Source of the DNA: Leucoraja ocellata
Lineage: Eukaryota
Length of the DNA stretch: 64,000 nt
Direction: 5' to 3'
Assembly (NCBI GenBank): GCA_036785375.1
Contig: JAWMAR010000002.1
Coordinates: 13,888,001-13,952,000, forward strand
The notes under the pieces are model-generated. The model was given only the letters and a program-made list of their open reading frames with translations. It had not been told where the DNA came from and made no database searches. The first letter of the stretch is position 1; each line of letters starts with the position of its first letter. Shown piece after piece: positions 24,418 to 37,511 of the stretch. Both the position numbers and the translations under genes were made by a program.

Positions 24418-25234
24418 ACAAATCAGGAACTTTTTTTCATTTAGTCAGGAGAGCAACATGAACTGTGAGTATTTAGGAAAGGTTGCAATTGCCTTCAGTG
24501 ATGTGCCACGACATAATATTCCCGACGGTACACCTTCCAGCTGCTACCCATAAAATTCCCAGGCATAATTAGAAACGCTCCGGCTTCCTGGCATAAATGA
24601 GTCCATTTAACAAAACACGCAGATCTTTCCAGCAAACAAAAGGTAACCTATTGAGTGTTTCTTTGTCTTTATGTGTGGATTTAATGGGTGAGTGTTCTCC
24701 TTGATTGCTACAAATAACTCCATATTACAAAGGAAGAGATGTGTGCATCACACAATGCCCTCTTGTTCCTGTGTTTCTATGATTTCAAACACGGCCAGTG
24801 AATAGACGTGAAGGAGCGGTCCTTTTCCGTAGCTGCTGGCTGCAGTGATATCCTGACATTACAAAAAGCAATGCAAATGGCTGAGAACAGGACTCACATA
24901 TAACGAAGAAATTATGTTCCCGTTAGGCGTGAAGATAAGATGTCAGCTCCCCGTCTGGATCTGAACTGAAACCCAAGAACAGGAGTGAGGTGTACTGAGA
25001 AGACACTGGCCTTTCCTTTAATGCATCAGGAATTGTGGAGAAATATTCTTCACTTTACAGTTTGAGTTCACTTTGAGCTTCGGACTTCCACACATACTAA
25101 AATAATTACCGTGTATATATTGTTGGCTTTACTGAGGCACGTAACATTTTCCCATTGCTAGTAGCTTATGTGTTCCATTAATAAGGCATCTGTTTCTTTT
25201 TCCATGGGATAAACATATTCCATGGATGAAACTT

Positions 25235-25570
25235 ACAGTCATGGAGTTGTACAGCACAGAAACAGGCCATTCGGCCCTACTCATCCATGCCAACCAAGCT
25301 GCCCCATCCAAACCTGTCCCAATTGCCTTTGTTTGGCCCATATCCCTCTAAACCTTTCCTATCCATGTACCGTCTAAGTGTCTTTTAAATTCTGTTATAG
25401 TATCTGCTTCAAATACCTCCTCTGGCAGCTTGTTTCATATACCCACCACCACCTGAGTAAAAAGGTTGTCCCTCAGGTTTGTATTGAATCATGTCCCTCG
25501 CACCTTAAACATGTGTCCTCTTGTTTTTGATTCCTCCTCTCTGCATTCACACTATCTATTTATTTCATGA
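25235..25570 (-). mobile_element. CR1 3' fragment
   Basis: Reverse complement of CR1 C-terminus and 3' UTR. Confidence 0.8.
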
Positions 25571-25727
25571 AACATATAATTTGCATCACCTTAGCTGCTG
25601 GATGAAACAACATCCATGTCGATTTGCCCAAAGTTGTGTTTAAGCCCATTGTTGAAATGAATAAACTGTCTGTAGAATGAAACAGTGGAGCAGGAGTAGG
25701 GAGGATGGTCCTCGTCCCACACAGCTT

Positions 25728-25990
25728 TAGACATTAGAGATATGGCGCAGAAACAGGCCGCAGAAACATCAAATCCGCGGCCACCAGTGATCATCACATG
25801 CACTAGCACTATCCTACACACTAGGGACAATTTTAAATGGTACCAAAGCCAATTAATCTACATACCTATGTGTCTTTGGAGTGTGAGAGGAAATGTATAA
25901 ACTCCGTACAGACAGCACCCGTAGTCAGGATCAAACCTGGGACTCTGGCGCTGTAAGGCAGCCACTGCATCACTGTGCTGCCCTCTGCAC
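25728..25990 (-). mobile_element. HE1-like V-SINE with internal deletion
   Basis: Head, partial V-domain and tail. Confidence 0.8.
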
Positions 25991-26332
25991 CACACAGGTC
26001 CACCACATTGCTGTGGCTCTACTTCCACGTGGGCCATATGGATTTCGTTCCCTGAAGTGCATGAGTTTGTCAGACATCCTAGCTAGTGGTTGGATTGTGT
26101 GGAGGGAAAATGGTGATAAACCCCTATACCACGGGAGACATGTGGATATTGTCTTCTGCTAGTGGCTTGCTGCCACAGCCATTGAAGGTGAAGTCCGGCC
26201 CGGCATTTCAGAGGGCGAGTCTTACCGAATGCTCTGAAACTCTCATTTGCTTCTCCGCAGCAACAAAATTCGAGAATGGTGTGGTCTAACTACCGGGAGG
26301 CGAGTAGGTCCTGCAAATGTGAATAAAATGAT

Positions 26333-26648
26333 GCGGCACAGTGGCGCAGCAGTAGAGTTGCTGCCTTACAGCACCGGAGACCTGGGTTTAATCCTGACAA
26401 TGGGTGCTATATGTGTGGAGTTTGCACATTTTCCCTGTGACCCAGTGGGTTTTCTCCGGGTGCACGGGTTTCCTTGACACTCCAAAGACGTACATGCCCG
26501 TAGGTTAATTGGCTTTGGTATAAAAATTGTAAGTTGTCCCTAATGTGCGGGAAAGTGCAAGTGCATGTGGTGATTGCTGGTCGGCGCGGGCTTGGTGGGC
26601 TGAAGGGCCTGTTTCCGGGGCTGTATCTCTAAAATCTAAAGACTAAAG
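26333..26648 (+). mobile_element. HE1-like V-SINE, full length
   Basis: Head, V-domain and CR1-like tail gggctgaagggcctgtttcc. Confidence 0.9.
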
Positions 26649-26730
26649 AACAAGTGGCCTTCACCAAATGTACCGATTGAAGAGTGTTTGCAGCCAGAAG
26701 ACAGTGCGGAAAATGGTCAGAGAATAAAAG

Positions 26731-26854
26731 GCACAAAAAAGACACAAAATGCTGGAGTAACTGAATGGGTCAGGCAGCATCTATGGAGTACATGGATAGT
26801 GACGTTTCAGGTAGTGACTCTTCTTCACAATACAACCAGTCTGAAGAAAGGTAC

Positions 26855-26886
<32 letters not shown>

Positions 26887-27924
26887 GTTATTTGCGGGCG
26901 CCTTTCAAAGTCTTTCAAAGAGAAAAAACATATAGTCGGAGTAAAATAAATAATAAGGACATCACCAATACACAAATTAAAGACAGAAATCGTTCCAAAG
27001 ACAAAAAATCAAAAACACAATGTGAAGAGAGAGCAGTGGCAGCTAAAGCGCGCCAGCGTCCACTCTCCCTCCCGACAGCCATCTTGGACACAGACTAACA
27101 TATTAACTTACACACAAAAAAAATCATCCCCCCACAATGATTGGTTCTGTGGGGGAAGGCACAATGTCCAATCCCCATCTCCAGTTCTCCCAAAGTCAGG
27201 CCTATTGAGGCCACCGCTATTGCCTCTACGGAGGCCTGATGTTCCTGGCCGTTCTGGCCGGGTGGTGTTGCCCCGGCGTCGGGAGAGTCCTTTCACTGGC
27301 TGGGCCACCTGGAACGGCCGCTTCGTAACTGGGGACCGCGGCTCCCGAAGCCGACAAGGCCGCGCCGGTTTGGAGCTCCCAGGCTCCCGATGTTAGAGTC
27401 GGCGCCGCCCGCTCCGCTCCGCTCCGCAGACCCGCAGCCCGGAGGTGTTGATCTCGGCGGTCACAGCTCATCGGAGCTCCAGCGCGTCGATCCAGCGCGG
27501 CGACCCAGGCAAGGCATCGCCCGCTCCGTTCCACGATAGCGCTCCAGCGCTGTGCCGCCACCGAAGCCGAGGTGCTGGGCGGTCCCCGACAGGAAACGGC
27601 GCTCCACGCCCGCTGGTAGGCCACGAGGACGGGTCGACGGGGCAGCCCGGAGAAAAAGCTGCCTCACCAACCAGGTAGGGACCTAGAAATATTATTACCC
27701 TCTACCCCCCACATTAAAAAGTAATTTCTCCCACAGACAAGGCACAGAACACACTAAAACTTCCAAAAAAAAGTGAATTAAACGTTCCCCAAGATGGCTC
27801 CTCCTCGACTGACCTGAAACATCACCTATTCATGTTCTCCAGAGAATAGAAATGCTGCCTGGCCCGCTGAGTTACTTCAGCACTTTTTGTCTATTAAAAA
27901 AAAGCATCTGCAGTTCCTTGAGTC
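26731..27924. mobile_element. Penelope fold-back element interrupted by a GC-rich retroposon
   Basis: 13-bp TSD cagagaataaaag at 26718-26730 and 27925-27937. pLTR arms at 26740-26853 and 27808-27924. Confidence 0.85.
26856..27807 (-). mobile_element. About 950-bp GC-rich non-autonomous retroposon with (TTA)n tail
   Basis: (aat)n at about 26856-26885, CpG-rich body, conserved hairpin at 27127-27156, caagatggc motifs. No recognisable TE ORF. Confidence 0.7.
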
Positions 27925-28486
27925 CAGAGAATAAAAGATGTCAGTAAAAACAAGACTGGAGAAAAACAAAGAAAATGCTTAGTGATGAAGGAGATGAGCA
28001 GAGGGAAGAAAAACACAACATGAGATTTAAACAGCGATGATTTAATACAGAATGAGTCCTCTTCACTTCAGCGGTTGGTATTGTCCTGAATCTGGGCAAG
28101 GTACTGTTTCCACGGACATTCTATAGGAGCGCAAAGACAGAGGCACTAAGCTGCCTTGCAGCCACTGTGATTTTCCAAGTGAAAATAGTTGGCAGAATTG
28201 CCTGTGTTTTCCACAAATTTATCAATGCCTGTTGGTAGGTCATGAGCTGGAAGCATTATGTTCGGATTTACAAGATGTGCAATTTAGGCTGCAGGAACTC
28301 TTAACTTCACTCTTTCCTGGAATTAAAGGCTAGATTTTTCAAAAATCTGACTTTTGTTTCTCAGTCTGTTGTCAGGTATTTTTCACAACCATAATGCCAG
28401 TCTAACTTTCATCTTTTTGCTCTCCACTTTGATAAAGATTTGAATTGAATTGCAGTGGGTTGGATTTGCCCATCATCTCTGTTGCC

Positions 28487-28772
28487 AGGGTGGCATGATG
28501 GCACAGCGGTAGAGTTGCTGCCTTACAGCGCTAGATACCTGGGGGTGATTCTGACTATGGGTGCTGTCTGTATGGAGTTTGTACGTTCTCCCCGTGACCG
28601 TTTGAGTTTCCCCCCGGGTTCGCTCCAGTTTCCTCCCAAACTCCAAAGACGTACAGGTTTGTCGGTTAAATGGGTTTGGTAAAAATTGTAAATTGTCCCT
28701 ATTGTGTAGGATAGTGCTAGTGTTGCTGGTCGGCGCGCGCAGTCTCAGGGCCTGTTTCTCTAAACTCTAAAC
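28487..28772 (+). mobile_element. HE1-like V-SINE
   Basis: Head, V-domain and tail. Confidence 0.9.
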
Positions 28773-29625
28773 TATCAAATGCAGGAAGTATTCTGTTTAA
28801 AGTAAATGTGTCGAGCAAAGGATCTAATTGCTTTCGATTATTTATACCACAGAGACATTGGGCTAGGGGACAATGAATGTATGAGATAAATCTAGGGTTT
28901 CAATTTGTCTCTCCTCAGTTTAAAACGGTTTCAACAATTCCTCTTCTTGTGTAATTTTTCTTGTCCATTTCACTTAAATTAATAGTCTTGCTGCTTTGCA
29001 ATCTGAAAACCTAATGGAAAATCACACACGTCCAAGTATTCCTTAAGTTTTAAAACTGCAATTCATTTCAAAGCACATCAGAAAGTTATCTGAATTAAAG
29101 GAATTTTGGAACGGGGTCAGTGGCAAGAATAGCAGATGGGAAAAAAAGGAATAGTTAGAACAGGCGCATTTTTTCAACATTTTTGACAGTGCAGTGCATT
29201 AATGGGTGTGATGTGCACCAACTGGATGTGATTTCACCTTCAGTATTTCAGGGGCCAGTGAGAGGGAGAAATGTGGATGAATCAACCCCCCCTATTTAAT
29301 CAAAATAACGGTCAGGGTCATCTTTGCTATGGCTGCAACAGTGATATCTCTTTGATGTACATCAGGGCGCAGTAGGATACAGGAAGGAGACAATATATCT
29401 ACGATAAATTCAAAAGCGAACCAGGTGCTGTGGCCAGCAAAATACATGGTTATCAGCTAAAGAATTATACCACCATAAAACTGAATCACATGCAGGAAAC
29501 AGTTTAATAACCTTCTATGATCTTCAAAATTCACCTGCATTCTATTGAACCACATTCCTTCTCATTATCTTGAAAAATACTTTCCTTATCACACCATTCC
29601 TCACGCTCACTTTTGAGCCACAGCT

Positions 29626-29962
29626 CTGAAAACTACTGCTTACATTTTTTTTCCCCAATGAGGCAATGAAATTCACAGGTCAGCACCGGCTACAACCTAC
29701 AAGAACCTTCAAACTCCTGGCAACCCGCTAGGACCTCCTGGCAACCCACCTACGGCACGAGAATTCTCGCTACTCTCCATGGTCGCTGCTAATTTTTCAA
29801 CATGTTCAAAAATTTGTGGAGACCATAATGAGGCCGCGACTGGTTCCCAGAATGCGGGAACTCCTCACGACCACGAAGGCGACTCCCCGGCAACCACCCG
29901 CGAACATGTGGCGACCATGTGGCAACCGCATAGTCTCCTGCAGTCGTCAAAAAAGTTGCCTA
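29626..29962 (+). mobile_element. Internal/3' part of the Harbinger-like element family seen at 9286-9783
   Basis: 29855-29960 aligns with 9654-9770. The whole segment is the reverse complement of 30330-30658. Central tttcaacatgttcaaaa near-palindrome. Confidence 0.75.
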
Positions 29963-30122
29963 CTGAAGAACGCACCCCCAGAGGTGAGGACTGCACAGAG
30001 CTGTACTGGGGAAACAGAGGAACAACTACGGGACTTAAAGCAGGTGGGAACCTCAGACATCTGTAATAAGAGGTTGAAAATGTCCGCAAAAACTCCATCC
30101 AGTCGGTCTGCACAGATTTTGG
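29962..30122 (-). mobile_element. Rex1/Babar RT-region fragment
   Basis: Encodes KICADRLDGVFADIFNLLLQMSEVPTCFKS. Confidence 0.8.
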
Positions 30123-30302
30123 NNNNNNNNNNNNNNNNNNNNNNNNNNNNNNNNNNNNNNNNNNNNNNNNNNNNNNNNNNNNNNNNNNNNNNNNNNNNNN
30201 NNNNNNNNNNNNNNNNNNNNNNNNNNNNNNNNNNNNNNNNNNNNNNNNNNNNNNNNNNNNNNNNNNNNNNNNNNNNNNNNNNNNNNNNNNNNNNNNNNNN
30301 NN
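30123..30302. other. Assembly gap
   Basis: Run of N. Confidence 1.
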
Positions 30303-30329
30303 AAAATGGGGCTGCACAGTGGCAGAGTT

Positions 30330-31030
30330 GCAGTCGCCACATGGTTGAGACATGTTCGCGGGTGGTTGCCGGGGAGTTGCCTTCAATGTCATGAGGAGTT
30401 CCTGCATTCTGGGAACTAGTCGCGGCCTCATTATGGTCACCGCCAATGTTTCAACATGTTGAAAAATTAGCGGTGACTAGAATTAAACCGCCATGGAGAG
30501 TAGCAAGAATTCTCATGCCGTAGGAGGGTCACCAGGAGGTCCTAGTGGGTTGCCAGGAGTTGGAAGGTTCTTTTAGGTTCTGGTAGGTTGTAGCTGGTGC
30601 TGACCGGAGAATTTCATTGGCTCATTGGGGAAAAAAAACATAAGCAGTAGTTTTCAGAACCAAGGATAACCGACCGGTAATGTTAAATGTTTGCCGAGCT
30701 TCACAGCCGTGTGTCTCTGGGTTCTTAAAAGTTGTCTCCACTTTCTCCCTCCTTCTCCCCCCTTCTCTCCCTCCCTCCCGCCCCCCCTCCCCCCCTCTCC
30801 CCCGCCCTCTCGCCCACTCTTTTAAAGGACTTACCTTACACTGTGCTTTAGCCGTCTTCATTACAGCGCCAACCTTCCTGTTCATCGCTGTATCACCTTG
30901 GCTTTGCATCGTGTGAATTTCACTCAGACAGCGCTCCCCCCGCTTGCCCTGTCCCCAGCCTGCATATCGGGCTGGTGAAGGATGCAATGTGTGTGCGTGT
31001 GATCCGCTCTGACAGTCGCCGTTCCAGGAG
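30330..31030 (-). mobile_element. Longer Harbinger-like family member, termini eroded, inside a V-SINE
   Basis: 30840-30955 is the reverse complement of 9553-9650. SINE head remnant at 30310-30330 and SINE remainder at 31030-31210. Confidence 0.7.
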
Positions 31031-31794
31031 TTCCAGTTTCCTCCAACACTCCAAAGATGTACAGGTTTGCAAGTTAATTGGCTTCTATAAAATTGTCAAT
31101 TGTCCCTAGTGTGTAGGATAGTACTAATGTATGGGGTGATCGCTGGACGACATGGACTCAGTGGGCCGAATGGCCTGTTTCCATGCTGCATTTCTGAAGT
31201 CTAAAGCCTAAAAGATGGAAGTGCTGGAAGGACTCTTTGCCAGAGTTTTCAACCTGTAAACTCTATTTATTTTTCCGCAGGCTCTGTCTGGCATGCAGAG
31301 CGTTTCCAACATTTTCTGTCATTATTTCAGATTTCCAACATCTGCAGTTTAAAAAAAAATCTCAGTCCTAAATGCGGCTATACTGCCATAAAAGGATGGA
31401 TTGGCATTAGGAAGGTGGCTGTTTTTAATCATCCCGTCAAAGGAAAATAATATCCGAGACTACCTTGGTACATAACCCCATCCTTGCGATTACTGGGGGA
31501 GTCTGAGGTCTTGGTTGTAGAAGGAATTTCCAAGCTGTTGTCCATGATCTTATTTGATTTAACACCCACTGACTGACGTCACCGTTCAATACTCTCACAA
31601 GCTGTTTAATTCACAAGGTGCCAAAATTCATTGTTGAATCCAATCCTACATCAAATGGCTATGAGGCAATGAAAAAGGCAAAACATTTAGTAGAATTAAT
31701 AAATTCCTTCGTAATCTGAATTTGCCAAGATTTACGCATCAGGCATTCTCAGCAGAGCGAATTTATATTTTGGCGCCAACCCAAATGGAACAAT

Positions 31795-32100
31795 CCGTAA
31801 CAACTTGCTTTCAATGTAGTAACATGTTCCAAGTTATGTCACGGAAAAATAATCAGGCACAAATTAACAGAAAGCTGTAAGGAGACACTTGACTGGGTGC
31901 CCAAAAGTTTGGTTTCTTGAGAGAAGGAAGTTTGAGAAAACCTTCAAAGAGGCAAGGAATGTGGGAATGCTTTGTAGGTTTGAAGGGACGTCCTCACTAG
32001 TGAAGGCACAGCCACCAAGGGTGGGACAAAAAAGCACATGCTTTACAGTGAGATAAATGGTGTGGAGGGCTTGAGTTGGTTAGGGCTGGAGTGGTTGCAA
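31795..32100 (-). mobile_element. Old L2-like 3' end
   Basis: Degenerate L2-type tail (caacttgc...aatgtagtaacatgttccaag). Confidence 0.4.
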
Positions 32101-32104
32101 AGAT

Positions 32105-32260
32105 AGATAATAGACAATAAACAATAGGCCCTTCGAGCCAGCATCGCCATTCAATGTGATCATGACTGATCATCCACAATCAGTACCCCGTTCCTGCCTT
32201 CTCTTCATATCCCTATCCCGAAGAGCTCTATCTAACTCTCTCTTGAAAGCATCCAGAGAG
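32105..32260 (-). mobile_element. CR1 3' end
   Basis: tagacaa tail plus 3' UTR. Confidence 0.8.
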
Positions 32261-33379
32261 AAGTCGTTAAAATAGGTCGTTAAAAGTCGTTAAAATAGAG
32301 AGAAGTTGTTAAAAGATCCAAACATGAGAGAGGAACTGTGAGTCAATGGAATTGATGAAAAAGTTATAGGAACAGAATTAGGCCATTCAGCCCCTCAAGT
32401 CTACTCTGCCATTCAATCCTGGCTGATCTATAGATCAGCGCACTGATAAAAGGCTAGACAGGCAATGCTACAGAGTTAGAAGTATTTACTATTTGCAATA
32501 GATAGGTTATTGGAAATTCAGTCTGGTCAAAACTGACATGGAGGTTACGAAGACCTTGGTTCAACCTGAGGTAGACTCATCACATTGGGTGGAGATACAA
32601 TGAAATTTAACCTGGTGTCACTAGGGGCAAAACAGCAAATAAACAAGGTTTCTTGATATCTGCAGCAAAAACACGAACCTGTGCTACATGGAAAGACTTA
32701 ATCAGCCAGCGCAAACCTTGTCAGGGGGGACAGACTGAAACATTGGATACGGTCCACAGAGAGCTTAATGGATAATTTAGTTCTCATTCAGTCATTTTAA
32801 TATCCATATTAAATGGCACATCACAGTTCTAACTAAACTGGATTTATTCTTGATTCCTCTCATGTTACTTATCAGTTACGATGCAACAAAACTTACATTT
32901 TTCTTTCATCTCTTCATTCGTGATATGGACTTGTCATCTCAGCAGAAGAAATCACTTTAGGCATTTACTTTCAAAGCATTTCCTGTTCTCAATTATTTTA
33001 TTATTTATTCAGCGGTGCGATCTTAAACTATCATTTTTCTTAGGAGCCGGCATTAAAGTGTAACCATGTAATTCCAAACATGCCCCTATCAGTATTTTAT
33101 ACAAGGTAAAGAATGCAAATGAGCCAGCCCGCTAGCATGCACAGGTTTCAATCTGTTGGAAGAAAGATCTGTGATTAATGTAAATTGCAAATTGGCACAC
33201 CACATAGTTTCACCATTGAAGGAAATGTTAGCAGAATCCAGACTATGCTGTTAATTGAGGAAATGGGAGCAAAAGGAAACTGTATTAGTCTATCAGGCCA
33301 GCACCAGTTATCCTGTAATTTCCTACAACCATTTATCCTTTACATTTTTCTATATGGTCTGCCATCCTTTGCAACCTGT

Positions 33380-33615
33380 GGGCAGCACAGTGGCGCAGGA
33401 GTGGCACAGTGGCACAGCGGTAGAGTTGCTGCCTTGCAGCAACAGAGACCCGGCTTGGATCCTAACTATGGGTGCTTCTGCATGGAGTTTCTACATTCTC
33501 CCTCAGACAGGACTCGAGTCTGAAGATGGGTCCCGACCCGAAACATCACCTATCCACACTCTCTCCAGAAATGCTGCCGGACTTACTGAGTTACTCCAAC
33601 ACTTTACATCTATTT
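33380..33615 (+). mobile_element. SINE 5' part followed by a Penelope pLTR
   Basis: tRNA-like head at 33380-33500; ctgaagatgggtcccgacccgaaac at about 33520-33545. Confidence 0.75.
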
Positions 33616-34270
33616 TTGATGGAGGTGTGCATGGTGCAGGCTAGTTTTGAAAAGGTGCATGTGTGAGTGTGAGTGTGTGCGGGGATGGGCGCGGACGTGG
33701 GGGGGTTTGGAGAGCAGGCCATTTACATCAGAGATCAGGGACCAGGGAGTAGGATTTAAAATGTTTCAGCAAAAGAGGCAAGATGGATGTGAGGAAAATC
33801 TTTTGTATATTGGAAGAATTTCCATGTGGTGGAAATGGTGCTTTCAAAAAAAGGAATTGGATAGATATTTGAGAGGGAATAATTTGTGGAATCATGGAAA
33901 AGAAGGAGTCTGATATTTAGGATTTACTATAACCAAGCACGGAGTGGTGGAGGCGAGTGATATCAGATGCACCACAACTAGAGAGTGAAAACTTTCCAAG
34001 CTTAAAGCAAAAGTCTGCAGATACTGAAAATCTGAAATGACATCAGAAAGTACCAAGGTGCTCGGGAAGCAGAATTAAAGAGGAGTTAAACAAGGATTAA
34101 TATTTCAGGTCAGTGATGCTTCAGCAGAAAAAAAAGCTTGACGTCGCTGTGTATAGTTGAGTATATCGGAATGTGGGTTTAATACACATATAAGACCCAG
34201 GACAAGGTTTGGGCACGCAGGCACACATAGGACCCAATTGGGTTTGAGACAAGATTAAATTGTGGGTTTA

Positions 34271-34596
34271 TACCCCTGTCCCACGGTGCGAGTTCATTCC
34301 AAGAGTTCTCCCGAGTTTCCCGATTCGAACTCGGAGATTTACGGTAATGGCCACTAGTTGGTACTCGGGGCTCTCGTGGACATTTTTCAACGCATTGAAA
34401 AATCTTCATGAGTCTTCCCGTGCTTACCTGCCATTAGCAAGTTTTCCCGAGTACCTGCCCTTAGCGTTCGAGCAGCTAAGAGACGTCCCCGAGCTCCGAC
34501 GTACCCGCTACGTTCATTCTCCGTGCTTACCACGAGTTTGATTGGTTTTAAACTCGGGAGACCACTTGAATGAACTTGCACCGTGGGACAGGGCTT
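34271..34596. mobile_element. PIF/Harbinger-like MITE, second family
   Basis: About 29-bp TIRs with a ccctgtcccacggtgc core, TSD tta (34268-34270 and 34597-34599), central tttttcaacgcattgaaaaa. Confidence 0.85.
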
Positions 34597-34659
34597 TTAG
34601 GCAGAAATGTTTCCTGCTCACCGTAGATATGTATGGGAACAAGTTGGATTGTGTTAAGT

Positions 34660-34896
34660 GAAGGTAGACAAAAATGCTGGAGAAACTCAGCAGGTGAGAC
34701 AGCATCTATGGAGCGATGGAATAGGTGACGTTTTGGGTCAAGACCCTTCTTCTGATGTGGGGTTGGAGGGATTGGAGTAGAAAGGAAGAGGCGGAGACAG
34801 TGGGCTGTGGGAGAGCTGGGAAGGGGAGGGGAAGGAGGGAGAAAGCAAGGACTGCCTGAAATTGGAGAAGTCAATGTTCATGCCGCTGGGGTATAA
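34660..34896 (-). mobile_element. Penelope 3' end
   Basis: 9-bp TSD gtgttaagt (34651-34659 and 34897-34905). Encodes PSGMNIDFSNFR; homologous to 18613-18898. Confidence 0.85.
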
Positions 34897-34939
34897 GTGT
34901 TAAGTCTAAAGTGTGGTGTTAGATTTATATCTTGTTGTT

Positions 34940-35300
34940 CATTTGATAGAACTCGTGCCTCTGAGTCAGTGTTATGATTTCAAGCCCCATCCTGAAAACT
35001 GAACACATAAGTTGAAGGTGACATTTCACATTGAGGACATGCTATGCCGGTTGGAGATGCAGATATATACAGATGACCTTTTGAAAAAGCAAGAAAAATT
35101 CCCGAGGGCGTGACCATTATTTATCACATTGCCAATCAAAATAGATTGGCTGGTCACTATCTCTTTGTTATTATTGAGGGTTTATTGTGCACAGACTGAA
35201 GCTGCATTTCCAACAATACAACCTCGAATGTATTTCGCTCGCTGTAAGTCATTTCATGGCATCCTTAAAGTAATGTGCATGATATTACATAAATATGAAT
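34940..35300 (+). mobile_element. Ancient DeuSINE/SacSINE1-like element
   Basis: gcctctgagtcag...ttcaagcccca head and degenerate L2-type tail. Confidence 0.5.
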
Positions 35301-35596
35301 ATTTATTATATTAAATATAATAAATCCCATTTTTCTGGGATAACAATGAGTAGAGTCATAGGGTCATATAGTTATACAGCACTGGAACAGGCCCATTGGT
35401 CCAACTCTTTCATGCTGATCAAGGTGCTTTTATGAGCTAGTCTCATTTGCTGATTTCACTCGACATTTTTCCTGTCCATGATACCGTGCAAATATCTTAA
35501 ATAGTGCCCTCTGCACACACTTTTACCACTATCTCTGTTCCAAATACCCACTGAACTCGTCCTTTTTAAATCTTTAATTTTCTAGTCCTTTAGTTT

Positions 35597-35828
35597 TGTG
35601 GAATTCTCGGCCTCAGAGGGCGGTGGAGGCCGGTTCTCTGGATGCTTTCAAGAGAGAGTTAGATAGGGCTCTTAAAAATAGTGCAGTCAGGGGATATGGG
35701 GAGAAGGTAGGAACGGGGTACTGATTGGGGATGATCAGCCATGATCATATTGAATGGCAGTGCTGGCTCGAAGGGCCAAATGGCCTACTCCTGCACCTAT
35801 TGTCTATTGTCTATTGTCTATTGTCTAT
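35597..35828 (+). mobile_element. CR1 3' end with (TATTGTC)n tail, inside an older minus-strand CR1
   Basis: LWNSRPQRAVEA remnant plus tail. Confidence 0.85.
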
Positions 35829-36181
35829 TTGGACCATTACCCCGGGAAAAAGACTGTGACCAGCTACTTCACCTGTCTCTTTTCATTCTATAAATTTCCA
35901 TAAAGTCATCTTTTAGCCTCCAGGTTTCAACCAGCATCTACAGCTCCTTCTCTCCTCAGAATTCAAGTCCACCTGTCTTGGCACCATCCCCGTGAAAATC
36001 TTCTGCACTATCAATCTATCCTAATTACACCCTTCAATAGTATGGTGACCAGAACTAGACACAATATTCATTTTGCATTTAAGATATTGTTATTTAGCCA
36101 CTTGCTGCTTTATGACTCTGTGTTAGGCACCATTCTTTGACTAGGAGACTGGACATGACTGGGCCAAGTGTTCAGTCTCTC

Positions 36182-36483
36182 GGGTGGCACAGTGGTGCAG
36201 CGGTAGAGTTGCTGTCTTACAGCGCCAGAGACCCGTATTTGATCCTGACTACATGGATGCTGTCTGCATGGCGTTTTTAACGTCCTCCCCTTGACCGTGT
36301 GCTCCCACATTCCTCCCACATTCCAAAGATATATAGGTTTGTAGGTTAATTGGCTCTGGTTAAAAAAAATTGGAAATTGTCCCTAGTGTATAGGATAGTG
36401 CTAGTGTATGGGGATCGCTGGTTGGCGCTGACACGGTGGGCCGAAGGATCTGTTTCCACACTGTATCTCTAAACTAAACTAAA
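36182..36483 (+). mobile_element. HE1-like V-SINE
   Basis: Head, V-domain and (taaac)n tail. Confidence 0.9.
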
Positions 36484-37511
36484 CCCTATGAGGTGGCGAA
36501 AAATAGTGCGTGATAATGGACAAGTGTTAAGTTACCTTCCTTCATACACTTAATCTACAAGAGATGCGCTTCACTTAGAGATGATGCCTCCTTGATGAGC
36601 TCTGCCAAATGTTTATTCTCCTCAAAGCCCTGGCAAGAATTCACAACTCACAGGTAGGTGGCCTTTATGTCCGTGCATCTATACTTTGGGATCCAGAAAA
36701 CTAGATGTCCAGATTAAATCCACTGAATTTATTTCGCACAGCCAGTTTATTCCATACTTTTTCAAGAACCAGCTCTCCTGAATCTATTTCAGTTGCAGTT
36801 CTTGTGCCAGATATCTCCCACACTGTGTTGCCTCAACATGCTGTAAACATGTTTTGTTAGCACACAACCTACATAAGAATGCTGTGTGTGTATTTCTTAT
36901 TTTAAGGCAATTAATAATTTCAGAGCATTCCCAGTATCTTGGGTGTGGTAATAAAGAAAGCGGCAATTGTTCTATATTGTAGAGCAATGAAATTGTCTAA
37001 TTTGTCACAGAGATGAAAGGGTTGAAGCTTACACATGCTGCAACAGCTTCTGACATTCATGTCTCAGTGTTAGAAAGTACATCTTCACACGAAGGATAAA
37101 AGAAATGCGGAAAATCAGTCCCACAAAATCTGTTGCGGTTAGGCCAATTGAAAATTTCACAACAGGGACTGGAAGATTTTGTTAGGTAAGAGCACAACGG
37201 ATGATGCAACAGGCAGGCGAGTGTTAAATGAAGTTGAGACATAGATCAGCCATAATTTAACTGAAGGATAGAACTGGTTCAATGAGTTGATTCTCTATTT
37301 CTTCTTCCCTCTGCCTCCACTTTATCTCCATAACTTGTTCAGCATGAGATCTATCAAATAAAGCAAAAACAGACTCTCTTTGGGCATCAGATACCTTAAA
37401 TCAATGGATATTAAGGAGAAAAAATACCACTCCCAACTGTTGGAGAAAGAAAGGAAAATGTTTGTGGTTGTTAGAGGTCAATCATTCTAACCACAAGACA
37501 TTATTGCAGGA

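Noticed and set aside
27022-27678. Overlapping Arg/Ala/Pro-rich ORFs suggesting a CpG-island first exon
   Set aside because: They lie within a tailed insertion that splits a Penelope repeat, and GC richness alone explains the lack of stop codons.
29816-30446. ORFs of about 190 aa on both strands with matching N-termini
   Set aside because: They are artefacts of an inverted repeat plus an N-run.
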